From Malacoraja senta (lineage: Eukaryota), in NCBI GenBank assembly GCA_038087875.1, contig JAXLNO010000081.1, forward strand, positions 62,001 to 126,000: a stretch of 64,000 nucleotides of DNA. The letters run 5' to 3'. Below are positions 38,465 through 51,495 of this stretch, one piece after another. The position numbers and the translations under genes are program-made. The notes beneath the pieces were generated by a model, which made no database searches, was not told where the DNA came from, and was given only the letters and a program-made list of their open reading frames with translations. The first letter of the stretch is position 1, and the number at the start of each line of letters is the position of its first letter.

Positions 38465-41038
38465 ACCTCAATTTTCTAAAATACTTGAAAAGCTATTTGT
38501 GAATAAACTTGATGACTTCATTGAGAAATACGAGTAATTGAGTTGATCATCAATATGGGTTTAGGAGTAATCGATCGACATCTTTAGCGGTGTTGGATTT
38601 TGTAGAAAATATAGCAACTGCAATCGATAAGAAACTACACACTGTGGGTGTATATATTGATTTACGTGAACCACTTGATACAATCGATCATTCCTTACTT
38701 TTGCAGAATTTGGAACGTTATGGTATAAGAGGTGTCACACAAAATTGGTTGGGAAGTTATTTAAGTAATAGGTTTCAGTATGTAAAAATTAATAATACTG
38801 AATCACAGCTTAGCAGAGTAACATGTGGTGTTTCAGAAGGTTCGGTACTGGGACCTAAGTTATTTATACTTTATTTAAATGATATTTGTAAAGTATCCAA
38901 TATGATGACGTTTGTTAGGTTTGCGGATGATACAAATGTATTTTGTTCAGGGAGTGATATAAAAGTACCATTGAAAATAGCGGAAAGAGAATTGATAGTG
39001 CTAAAAAAATGGTTTGATATTAATAAATTATCCCTAAATGAAAATAAAACAAAATTTATGGTGTTTGGTGGTGACAGGGTTAATTATGAAATAAAATTGA
39101 ATTTAAATGGAGTTGAAATTGAAAGAGCATAACAAACAAAATTCCTGGGTAATTATAGATCATAAACATTGTTGGAAGCCACATATAGAATACATCAAAC
39201 GGAAATTATCTAAATCCATTGATATTCTTTACAAAACAAAGGATCTGTTGAATAATAAGTGTTTGTAGATATTGTATTGCTCGCTTATAATGCCATATAT
39301 GTCATTTTGTGTTGAAGTTTGGGGAAATGTATAGAAACCAAATATAGACCCTATAAATAAACTCAAGAAAAGAGCTATTAGAATAATACATAAAGCTTCT
39401 TACCGTGTAACTACAAATCCATTATTCACAAAGTCCGATACCTTAAACGTTTTGGATATTGTGGCGGCGCGGCCCTGGCTGCAGCGGCTCATCGGCAGTC
39501 CCGTTTGTTTGTGTTTTTGGTGTTGTTTATTTTGTTTTGGTTAGTCTCGTTTTTGGTTCTTAGTTGTGTTTTGGGGGGGGTGGGGGTTGAAACGGGGTTT
39601 GCAGTCCCTCCCTGCGGGGGAATGCGACTTCTTTGTCGTATTCCCCTTCTCTGTCTCCGTCTGCGCTGAGGCCTAATGGAGCTGATGACCTCGAGGCTCC
39701 GGAGGCAGAGCCCGTCAGGACTCGCCCTGAGCTCGCTCCCGTGAGGGTGGTCCGGCTCAGGGCTGGAACAGTGCTCCCGTGAGAGGTTGTGGCGCTCTCG
39801 TGAGGGCGGCCAGCCCAAGGGTGGAACGAGGCTCCCGTTGGAGCGGCCGAGCTCGGGGAGGTGCGGTGCTCGCAGCCCGAGGGAAGTTCGGCGCCCATGT
39901 CGGGGCGGCCCGGCCGGAGGGAGAAGCGACGCCCAAGTCGGTGCGGCCCGGCCGGGGGGAGAAGCGACGCCCAAGTCGGGGCAGCCCGGCCAGAGGGAGA
40001 AGCGACGCCCAGGTCGGGGCGGCCCGGCCCGGGGAAGAAGCGACGCCCATGTCGGGGCGGCCCGGCTCGGGCGAGGTTCGGCGCCCATGTCGGAGCGGCC
40101 CAGCCCGAGGCTGAAGACGGCACGGTACTCACGTGAGGGTGGCTGGGGCGGTGTTCTGGCGGTGGTGGCCTGAGTCCGGGGTACGGCCGCGGGCCAGCGG
40201 CTGCGTCTGCAGGACTGGTGGGCGGCAGCTTCGACCACCCCGGGCCGCTGTGTTTGAGCCGCGGGACTGATTTATAACATCGCCCGGGGGTATCGCCTCA
40301 GCGCAGAGGGAGAAGAGGTGGGAAGAGACTACAGACCTAAGACTTTTGCCTCAATCACAGTGAGGAGATGCTGGGTGGACTCACTGTGGTGCATGTTAAT
40401 ATGAGTTTATTGTTGTTTTTATTGTATTATATGTATGACTACTGCAATTTCGTCCAGACTTCGGTCTGAATGACAATAAAGGCATATCTATCTATCTATC
40501 TAAAGACATTAGAAATACTGTTCCGAGTTAGGAATAAAAACCTTCCTGTTAGTACTCAAAAAAAATGTAATTAAGAGAAGGACATTATAATTTAAGAGGG
40601 TTGTGTATTTTTGAAACATGTAAAGTGAGAACCAATGTAAAATATAGATGTGTCTCAGTTATGGGAGTCAAATTATGGAACGGGCTTAGTGATGAGTTTA
40701 AATTTTGTAGCTCTCTGTCGAGTTTCAAAAAAGCCTTAAAATGTAAAATAATTGAAGATTATAATGTAAAATGATTAAAATGTAAAATAAGTAAGGATTA
40801 CAATTTAGAGTAAATTGTATTTATTTATTTCCTTTGTTATGCTGATATTCTGGGTTATCTTATCTTATGGATTGTATAGGATAGGCATAAATAAGCTTTG
40901 TGGCTTCAGCCTATTCCTTTTTCGGTCATTGATTATGTGAACGTTGTGTGAAATGGATACAGTGTTGGTTCATGTTCACACAGATTGTAAAGTTTTGTTC
41001 TTTTTAATGTATGACCGAAATAAACTATTCATTCATTC
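38465..41038 (+). mobile_element. 5'-truncated L2/Crack-like LINE, degraded
   Basis: ORF 38590-39132 with GSVLGPKLFILYLND, FADD, LSLNENKTKFM; aataaa plus (attc)n tail; 5-bp TSD atgct at 38460-38464 and 41039-41043. Clade assignment tentative. Confidence 0.8.
39463..40500 (+). mobile_element. GC-rich non-coding retroposon-like insert with internal ~38-bp tandem repeats
   Basis: Interrupts the LINE reading frame; six units gaagcgacgcccaagtcggggcggcccggcc.. at about 39883-40110; 3' hairpin, aatgacaataaa, (tatc)n tail. Confidence 0.75.
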
Positions 41039-41118
41039 ATGCTGCTGCACCCGCTCAGTTTCTCCAGCACGTTTGTCTACCTTCGATTCTCCAGCATCTG
41101 CAGTTCCTTCTTAAACAC

Positions 41119-41630
41119 ATTAGTCAAGCATGATTTCCCTTTCATAAATCCATGTTGACTTGGACTAATCCTTTTACTGCTATCAAAACGCCCCATTATT
41201 ACCTCTTTAATAATAGACACCATCATCTTTCCCACCACCGAATTCAGGCTAACTGGTCTGTTATCTCCGGTTTTCTCACTCGCCCCTTTCTTGAAAAGTG
41301 GGATAACATTAGCTATCCTCCAATCCACAGGAACTGATCCTGAATCTATTGAACATTGGAAAATGATCACCAATGCATCCACTATTTCAAGAGCCTCCTC
41401 CCTGAGGACCCTGGGAAGCAGAACATCAGGCCCAGGGGATTTATGATCCTTGAGTCCCATTAGCCTACCCAATATTATATCTCGCCTAATGAAAACCTAT
41501 TTCAGTTCCTCTACCCCCTTAGATCACCTATCCTCCAGTACATCTGGGATATTGTTTATGTCTTCCTTAGTGAAGACAGATCCGAAGTACCTGTTCAACT
41601 CTTCTTCCATTTCCTTGTTACCCATAATAA
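41119..41630 (-). mobile_element. CR1 ORF2 fragment
   Basis: KSPGPD..DWRIANV..SQHGFMKGKSCLTN. Confidence 0.9.
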
Positions 41631-42117
41631 GAATAATACACATCAACAACAGCAATATCATCAACTCTACAGCGTAAACATCAACAGTATGGACATCAAT
41701 TTAACAGCACTAAACTCAACTGCAGTGAACTCCAGCAAGAAACCCATTACAACTGCACTCAACTGCATTCCACTCAACCGCATTCCACTCAAACGCTGTA
41801 AATGAACTCCTCAACTGCACTCAATGCAAGCCAATTACACTGAACTCAACTCAACTGCAATAACCTAAACTTAACTCACCTTCACTGCACTCAACTAAAC
41901 TAACGACAACTGCACTACACCCAACTCAACTGCACTACACGCAACTCAACTGCACTAAAACCAACTCAACTGCTCGAAACTCAACAAAACTGCACTAACC
42001 TATTTAACTGCATGAACTCAACTGCATTATATTCAACTCAATTGGACTATACTCTACTCTTCACAACTGCACTACTCATCTAAATTCAACTCAACTGCAC
42101 TGAATTCAACTCAACTA

Positions 42118-42710
42118 CATCCGTCGTGTTGATCCTTGGGAATCCTGCTTCATTCACTACATTTTACCTCCATAAAAAGCAAACTGTGAGGATATTCTGC
42201 TCCTCTCACTGACGGGGTCTGCACTGGCAGGTCGTCGACATGAAGTATTAACCTTGGTCCTTTAGTCTACTGCGTTATTCCAACATTGGCTGTCACCAGT
42301 CCATCAGCGTTTTGTGGATTAAGTGGAGAATATATTAAACAACAATAAATTTACCGTAGCCTCCGTTCTTATCGTATCCTGTTGACCACCCTGTGGGAGA
42401 AACAGACTAGTGTGAATAATATTTCATGACATTAATTCACAAATGGACATTTTAACTCAGCCGTATACAATTTAGGTTGTAGCCTAAACCCTCACAACTA
42501 AAGATACACCCCCAAAGTGAGGGACGGCAAAATGCAACCTTACAGCAACTTGATTAGGGTGGATTGTGTTCAGTTATGTTCGCCATAATCTAAGAAGGAT
42601 ATGGTGGTTTTAGAAATAGAGCAGAAGACGTTGACCAGATTTATTCCCAGAGTGGTGAGTACGAGCTACAGGTTAGTAAACTTAACCAAACCATTCTAAA
42701 CTGAAATTCA
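42118..42710. repeat. Complex module, delta type
   Basis: Core 42355-42390. Confidence 0.9.
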
Positions 42711-43884
42711 GTAAACTACATTAATATCAACTCAACTGCACTAATCTCAACTCAACTCAACTCAACTCAACTGCGGTAAACAAAAATAAACTTACCTGCA
42801 CTTAATTCAACTCAGCTGCACCAAATGCAACGCAGCTGCACTAAACTTATCCCCTCAACTGCACGAACATCAACAAAATTACACTTAACCCAACTCAACT
42901 CAAGGAAACTGCACTAACATCAACACAACGGCATTAAACTCCACTCAACTGCACTGAACTTGACTCAAGTGGACCATACTAAAATTAATTGCACTAAACC
43001 CAACTGAACTGCTCTTAAACCATCGCAACTCAACTGCAGTACACTCAACTCAACTACAATAAACAAGGCAATAAATTGCAACTAACTCAACTGTACGAAA
43101 CTCAACTGCACTAATCTCAACGTAACTCACCCTCACTAAACTCAACTTTATTACACTAAACACAACTCAACTACACTAACCTCAACCATTTGCATTCAAC
43201 TCCACTAAACTCAACTCAAGAAAACGAACTCAACTCTTTACTCAAATCAACTCCACTGAACTCAACTCAACTGTACTAACCTCAAACAAATTGCATTCAA
43301 TTCAACAGCGCTAAACTCAACTGAAATGCATGAACGCAACTACATTAAATTCAACTCAATTGGACTAAACTCAACTCAACTGCACTAAACTCAGCTAAAT
43401 TCAACTGAACTGCACTAAACTCCCCATCACAACAACATCAGCCGTATTGATAGTGCACTCATCGCAACTCAAAACAATTCACCTCAACACAACAGCAGTG
43501 AACACAAATCAACTCATCTGCACTTAACGCAACTCAGCTGCACCAAGCGCAACTGCATTAAACTCAACTCCTCAATTGCACGAACATCAACAAAACTATA
43601 CTTAACGCAACTCAACTCAACTGCACTAAACCAACTGCACTAAACACAACTCAGAGAAACTGCACTAACATCAACACAACTGCATTAAACTCCACTCAAC
43701 TGCATCGAACTTGACTCAGGTGCACCATACTAAAATCAACTGCACTAAACGCAACTGCACTTAAATCATCGCAACTCAACTGCAGTACACACAACTCAAC
43801 AGCAATATTCAAGTCAACTAAATCGTACCTACCTCAACTGTACTAACCTCAACCGAACTAAACTCAACTCCAGAACTGCACACA

Positions 43885-44370
43885 ACTCAACACCGCAGCC
43901 CTCAACTCAACACCGCTGCACTCAGCTCAACACCGCTGCACTCAGCTCAACACCGCTGCACTCAGCTCAACACCGCTGCACTCACGTCAACACCGCTGCA
44001 CTCATCTCAACACCGCTGCACTCACCTCAACACCGCTGCACTCACCTCAACACCGCTGCACTCACCTCAACACCGCTGCACTCACCTCAACACCGCTGCA
44101 CTCACCTCAACACCGCTGCACTCACCTCAACACCGCTGCACTCACCTCAACACGACTGCACTCACCTCAACACGACTGCACTCACCTCAACACGACTGCA
44201 CTCACCTCAACACGACTGCACTCACTTCAACACAACTGCGCTCACTTCAACACAACTGCGCTCACTTCAACACAACTGCGCTCACTTCAACACAACTGCA
44301 CTCACTTCAACACAACTGCACTCCCTTCAACACAACTGCACTCAACTCAACACAACTGCACTCAACTCAA
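43885..44370. repeat. 20-mer tandem array ctcacctcaacaccgctgca
   Basis: More than 20 units with stepwise sequence variants. Confidence 0.95.
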
Positions 44371-45249
44371 CTCCACTAGACTAAACTCAACTCAACTGCA
44401 TTATATTCAACTGAACTACATCAACAGCCTAAACTCAACTCTAATGGAATAAACCCAACTGCACTAAGCTCAAAACAAATCAACTGCACGAAACTCAACT
44501 ACTCAACTCAACTGCATTTACCTGAACACAGCTTATATGCAGTCAACTCAACCCAACTGCACTAAACTCAACTCAACTGCATTTAATTCAACTACACTAA
44601 ATTCAATGCATCTGCATTATACTCAACTCCTCAATTGCATTAACGTCATCACACCACTCATCTCCTCAGCTAAACTAAACTCAACTCTACTACATTTAAC
44701 ACCACTGAACCTAACTGCATTTATCGCAACACAACGGCACTCAACTCAAATACATGCAACTCAAATTCACTGAAATCTACTGCACTATACTCAACTCAAC
44801 TGATCTGCGCTAAACCCAACTCCACTGAATTCAACTCAACCACATGAAACAACTCAACTCAGCTGCGCTAAGCTGAACAGAGCTTAACAGCCCTCAACTC
44901 CTCCTCCACTGCGCTAACTTCAACACAACTACACTCAACTCCGCTCAATCCAAATGCACCATACTCAACTGAACTCAATTGCACGAACTTCAACCAACTG
45001 CACTGAACACAACCCAGCTCCAATACAATCACCTTCACTAAACTCAACTCATGTCCACTGAATTAAACTACACTCAACTCAACCAAAGTCAAATGCGCTG
45101 AACTCCTCAACAGCATTAAACTAAACGCAACTGCAGATAATTCCGCTGCATTACTCCACTCAACATCATTTAACTCGATTGAACCGCTCTAAACTCAACT
45201 CAACTGCACTCGACTGCACCGAACTCAACCCAACTGCACCAAATCCAAC

Positions 45250-45460
45250 CGAAGTGCACCAAACCCAACCCAAGTGCACCAAACCCAACCCAAGGGCACC
45301 AAACCCAACCCAAGTGCACCAAACCCAACATAAGTGCACCAAACCCAACCCAAGTGCACCAAACCCAACCCAAGTGCACCAAACCCAACCCAAGTGCACC
45401 AAACCCAACCCAAGTGCACCAAACCCATGCCAAGTGCACCAAACCCAACCCAAATGCACT
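45250..45460. repeat. 20-mer tandem array aagtgcaccaaacccaaccc
   Basis: About 10 units; related array at 13038-13130. Confidence 0.92.
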
Positions 45461-46012
45461 AAGCGCAACCCAACTGCACTAAACTGAACTGCATTCAATT
45501 CAACCCAATTGCACTAAACTGAACTGCACTAAACTCAGCCCAACTACACTAAAGTGAACTGCACTAAACTTAACCCAACTGCACTAATCGGCACCAAAAT
45601 GAACTGCACCAAACAAAACTGTACTAAACCTCAACCCAACAGCATTAACATCAACTCAACGCATTAACATCAACTCAACAGCATTAACATCAACTCAAGA
45701 GCATTAACATCAACTCAAGAGCATTAACATCAACTCAAGAGCATTAACATCAACTCAAGAGCATTAACATCAACTCAACACCACTCAACTCTACTGTAGG
45801 AAATTCCAGCGATAAACTCATCACAACTGCACTCAACTCCGTTCCACTCAATCGCATTCCACTCAACCGCATTTCACTCAACTACAGTAACTCAACTACA
45901 GTAACTCAACTACAGTAACTCAACTACACTCAACGCAACCGAATTACACTGAACTCAACTCAACTGCACTAAGGTAAACTTAACTCATCTTCACTAGACT
46001 CACCTATACTAA

Positions 46013-46445
46013 GGTAACAGTTTAAGGATAAGGGGGGAGTCTTTTAGGACCGAGATGAGAAAATCATTTTTTACACAGAGAGTGGTGAATCTGTGGAATT
46101 CTCTGCCACAGAAAGTAGTTGAGGCCAATTCATTGGCTATATTTAAGAGGGAGTTAGATGTGGCCCTTGAGGCTAAAGGGATCAGGCAGTACGGAGAGAA
46201 GGCAGGTACAGAAGGGTTTCGGCACGAAACGTTGCCTATTTCCTTAGCTCCATAGATGCTGCTGCACCCGCTGAGTTTCTCCAGCATTTTTGTGTACCTT
46301 CGATTTTCCAGCATCTGCAGTTCCTTCTTAAATACAGGATAATGAGTTGGATCATCAGCCATGATCATATTGAATGGCGGTGCAGGCTCGAAGGGCAGAA
46401 TGTCCTACTCCTGCACCTATTTTCTATGTTTCTATGTATCTATGT
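46013..46445 (+). mobile_element. CR1 3' fragment containing a Penelope terminal-repeat insert (46212-46332)
   Basis: 5-bp TSD tacag at 46207-46211 and 46333-46337. Confidence 0.85.
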
Positions 46446-46647
46446 CTAACGGACACCGCACGAAACCCAACTCAACTGCACGAAACCCAACTCAACTGCA
46501 CGAAAGCCAACTCAACTGCACGAAACCCAACTCAACTCCATTGCATGAACTCAACTGCATATTATTCAACTCAATTGGACTAAACTCATCTCAAATGCAT
46601 TAAACTCACCTAAATTCAACTCAACTGCATTGAACGGAACGCAACCA

Positions 46648-47275
46648 CATCCGTCGTGTTGATCCGTGGGATTTCTGCTTCAATCAGTACCCTTTCGCTC
46701 CTTGAAAAGCAAACCGTGAGGGAATTATGCTCCTCGCACTGACGGGGTCTGCACTGGCAGATCGTCGACATGAAATATTAATTTTGGTCCTGTAGCCTTC
46801 TGCGTTATTCCAACATCGTCTGTCACCTGTCCATCACTGTTTTGTGGATTAAGTAAAGTATATATTAAACTACAATGAATTTACCGTAGCCTCCGTTCTT
46901 ATCGTATCCATTTGGCCATCCTGTGGGAGAAACAGACTAGCGTGAACAATATTTGATGACATGAATTCAGAAATGGACATTTTAACTCAGTCGTATACAA
47001 TATAGGTTGTAGCTAAGGAATCTTGGAGTCTACCAGTACCTGTGGAGAAAGAAAGATTTTGAGGACAAAAATACACACAGAAGTCAGGGACGGCAGGATG
47101 CAACCTTACAGCAATTTGGTTAGGGTGTATTGAGTTCAGTTATGTTCACCCTAATCCAAGAAGCATATGGTGGTTTTAGAAAGAGTGCGGAAGAGATTGA
47201 CCAGGATTATTCCTAGAGTAGTGTGTACGAGCTACAGTTCAGTAAACTTAACTAGACCATTCTAAACTGAAATTC
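46648..47275. repeat. Complex module, beta type
   Basis: Core 46885-46920. Confidence 0.9.
46885..46920 (-). other. Candidate 36-nt micro-exon (representative of 16 copies)
   Basis: Minus strand: ctagtctgtttctcccacAG|GATGGCCAAATGGATACGATAAGAACGGAGGCTACG|GTaaat; open in phases 0 and 1. Confidence 0.45.
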
Positions 47276-49459
47276 AGTAAACTAAATTAATATCAACTCA
47301 ACTGCACTAATCTCAACTGAACACAATTCACCTCAACACAACTGCGGAAAACACAAATAAACTCACCTGCACAACTCAACTCAGCTGCACCAAATACAAT
47401 GCTGCTTAACTAATCTCAACTCCTCAACTGCACGAACAAAACTAAACGTAACCCAACGTAACTCAGCTGCATTAAACCAACTGTACAAAACTCAACTACA
47501 CTCAATTCACCTCAACTTAACTGCACTAATCTCCACTCAACTGCATTGAAGTGCACTAATATCCACTCAAGTGCACCATACTAAAATCAACTAAACTCAA
47601 TTCACCTGCACTAATCTTCACCCAACTGCATTGAAGTGCACCAATCTAAAATCAACTGCACTAAACCGAACTCAATTGAACTTAAATCATCGCAACTCAG
47701 CTGCAGTGAACGCAACTCAACTGCAACAAACAAGTCAACTACATTTTACCTAACTCAACTGTACTAAATTCAACTGCACTAGTCTCAACTCAATTGCACT
47801 AATCTCAAGTCTACTAAACACAACTCGTATCAACTCAAATGTACTAAACTCAACACAACTGCACTAAACTCAACTCAACAACACTTATCTCAACTCAAGT
47901 ACACTGATTTCAATCACACTAAACTCAACTCCGCAAATGGACACACCGCCGCTCCAATAACTAAGCTAAACTAAACTCAACTGCATTATATTCATCTTAA
48001 CCTACATTAAACTCAACAGAATTTAACTCAAATGGAATAAACCCAACCACTAAACTCAACACAAATCAACTGCACGAAACTCAACTCCACTAAACTTAAT
48101 TCAACTCAACTGCATTTACCTGAACACAACTTATCAGCATTCAACTCAACCCAACTGCACTAAACTCAACTCAGCTGCACTTATTTCAACTGCACTAAAC
48201 TCAACGAATCTGCACTTAACTCAACTCAACTGAATTAACATCATCACAACATCCAACTCCTCAACTCAATTCCACTAAATTTAACTCCACTGAACTCAAC
48301 TGCATTTACCGCAACACAACTGTACTCAACTCAACTACATGCAACTCAACTGCACTGAAATCAACTGAAGTCAAGTCAAATGCACTCAAGTCAACTGAAC
48401 TGCGCTAAACCCAACTCCACTTAAGAGAACTCAACTAAGCTCAACACAACTAACGGCACTCAACTCAACAACTGCGCTATCTTCAACACAACTACATTCA
48501 ACTCCGCTCAATCCAAGTGCACCATACTCAACTGAACTCAATTGCACCAAATAAAATCAACTGCACTAAACACAAATCAGCTCCACTGCAATCACCTTCA
48601 ATAAACTTAACTCAAGTCCATTGACTTAAACTACACCCAACTGCACTAAATTGAACTGCACCAAATTCTATTCAACTGCAATAAATTCAACTCAACTGCA
48701 ATAACCTCAAATGCTCTAACTCATCTCAACTGCTCTAAACTCAACTCAACTGCTCTTACTCAACAACATTAACATCAACTCAACAGGATTAGCATCAACT
48801 CAACAGGATTAACCTCAACTCAACAGCACTAAACTCCACTGCAGTGAACTCTAGAATTAACTAATCACTACTGCACTCAACTCCGTTCCACTCAACCGCA
48901 TTCCAATCAACCGCAGTAACTGAACTCCTCAACTGCACTAAGCGAAACGTGACTCACTTTCACTAAGCCCGACTCAACTGCACTAAGCCCGACTCAACTG
49001 CACTAAGCCCGACTCAACTGCACTAAGCCCGACTCAACTGCACTAAGCCCGACTCAACTGCACTAAGCCCGACTCAACTGCACTAAGCCCGACTCAACTG
49101 CATTAAGCCCGACTCAACTGCACTAAGCCCGACTCAAGTGCACTAAGCCCGACTCAACTGCACTAAGCCCGACTCAACTGCACTAAGCCCGACTCAACTG
49201 CACTAAGCCCGACTCAACTGCACTAAGCCCGACTCAACTGCACTAAGCCCGACTCAACTGCACGAAACTCAACACAACTGCACGAAACGAAACTCAACTG
49301 CACGAAACGAAACTCAACTGCACGAAACTCAACACATCTGCACTATCCTACTCAACAGCATGAACTCAACGGCATATTCAACTCAATTGGACTAAACTCA
49401 ACTCAACTGCACTAAACTCATCTAAATTCAACTCAACTGCACAGAACTCAACGCAACAA

Positions 49460-50117
49460 CATCCGTCGTGTTGATCCCTGGGATTCCTGCTTCATTCACT
49501 ACCATTTCCCATCCTTGAAAAGCAAACCATGACGGAATTCTGCTCCTTTCGCTGACGGGGTCTGCAATGGCAGGTCGTCAACATGAAATATTAACTCTGG
49601 GCCTTTAGCCTTCAACGTTATTCCTAACATTGGCTGTCACCTGTCCATCAGTGTTTTGTGGATTGTGAAGAATATATTAAACTACAATAAATTTACGGTA
49701 GCCTCCGTTCTTATCGTATCCACTTGACAATCCTGTGGGAGAAACAGGCTAGCGTGAGTAAAATTTCATGAACTTAATTCAGAAATGGACATTTGAACTC
49801 AGTCTTTTACTGTTTATTTCGTAGCTAAAGAATCTTGGAGTCAACCACTACCTGTGGTGAAAGAAAGATTTTGACGACAATTGATCGGATCGTGCCCAAA
49901 TCTTCACAACCTAAAAATACACCCCAAAGTCAGGGAAGGCAGGATGCAACCTTGCAGCAATTTGGTTAGGGTGTATTGTATTCAGTTATGTTCAACCTAA
50001 TCTAAGAATGATATGGTGGTTTTCGAAAGTGTGCAGAAGAGGTTGACCAGAATTATTCCCAGAGTGGTGGGTACGAGCTACAGATTAGTAAACTAAACCA
50101 TTCTAAACTGAAATTCG
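49460..50117. repeat. Complex module, gamma type
   Basis: Core 49697-49732. Confidence 0.9.
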
Positions 50118-50851
50118 GTAAACTAAATTAATATCAACTCAACTGCACTAATCTCAACTCAACACAATTCACATCAACTGCGACAAACAGAAATAAACTC
50201 ACCTGCACTTAACTCAACTGCACCAAACGCAACGCAGCTGCACTCTTCATCCGTCAACTGCTCGAACATCAACAAAACTACACTTAACCCAACTGCACTA
50301 AACCAACTGCACTAAACTCAACTCAGAGAAACTGCACTCATATCAACACAACTGCATTAAACTCCACAACCGCATTAGGAGATTGCAACCTTCATGTGGT
50401 CCACCCTGTTTCAACGAATGCAATCAACCTGGTGTGCACAATCAAATACGAACAATTGGAACAAGTTGTCCTACAACTTTAGGCTGTGCACACCATACGC
50501 AAGAAGAACCGCATTGAACTTGACTCAAGTGCACCATACTAAAATCAACTGCACTAAACCCAAGTCAACTGCACATAAACCATCGCAACTCAACTGCAGT
50601 ACACCCAATTCAACTGCAATAAACAAATCAACTAAATTGTAACTCAACTGTACTAAACTCAACTGCTCTAAACTGAACTCGACAACACTAAATTAAACTC
50701 AACTGCACTAACCTCAAACCAATACCATTCAACTCAACTGCGCTAAACTCATCCCAACTGCATGAAGGTAACGACATTAAATTCAACTCAACTCAACTGC
50801 ACTAAACTCAGCTAAATTCAACTCAGCTGCCCTAAACTCAACTCATCACAA

Positions 50852-51495
50852 CATCGGTCGTGTTGATCTCTGGGATTCCTACTTCATTAACTACCTTTTC
50901 CTTCCTTGTAAAGCTAACCGTGAGGGAATTCTGCTCCTCTCACTGACGGGGTCACCACTGGCAGGTGTTCGACATGGAACTTTAACACTGGTCCTTTAGC
51001 CTTCTGCGGTAGTCTAACATTGGCTGTCATGGTTTTGTGGATTAAGTGAAGAATATATTAAACTACAATATATTTACCGTAGCCTCCCTTGTTATCGTAT
51101 CCACTTGACCTTCCTGTGGGAGAAACAGACTGGCGTGAGTAATATTTGATGACGAATTCAAAAATAAACACTAAAGCATTCGTATACAGTTTATTTTGTA
51201 GCTAAGGAATCTGGGAGTCTACCAGTATCTGTGGAGAAAAATGTATGCGATGACTCTTTGTCGGATCGGGTCCAAACCTTCACAAGCTAAAAATACACCC
51301 TAAGTTTGGGAAGGCAGGATGTAAGCTTACAGCAAATAGGTTAGGGTATATTTTGTTCAGTTACGTTTACCCTAAACCAAGAAGTATATGGTGTTTTTAA
51401 AAAGAGTGCAGAAGATATTGACCAGTATTATCCCAGAGTGATGGGTACAATCCACAGGTTAGTAAACTTATCTAAACCAATCTAAAACGATATTC
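50852..51495. repeat. Complex module, alpha type
   Basis: Core 51078-51113. Confidence 0.9.
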
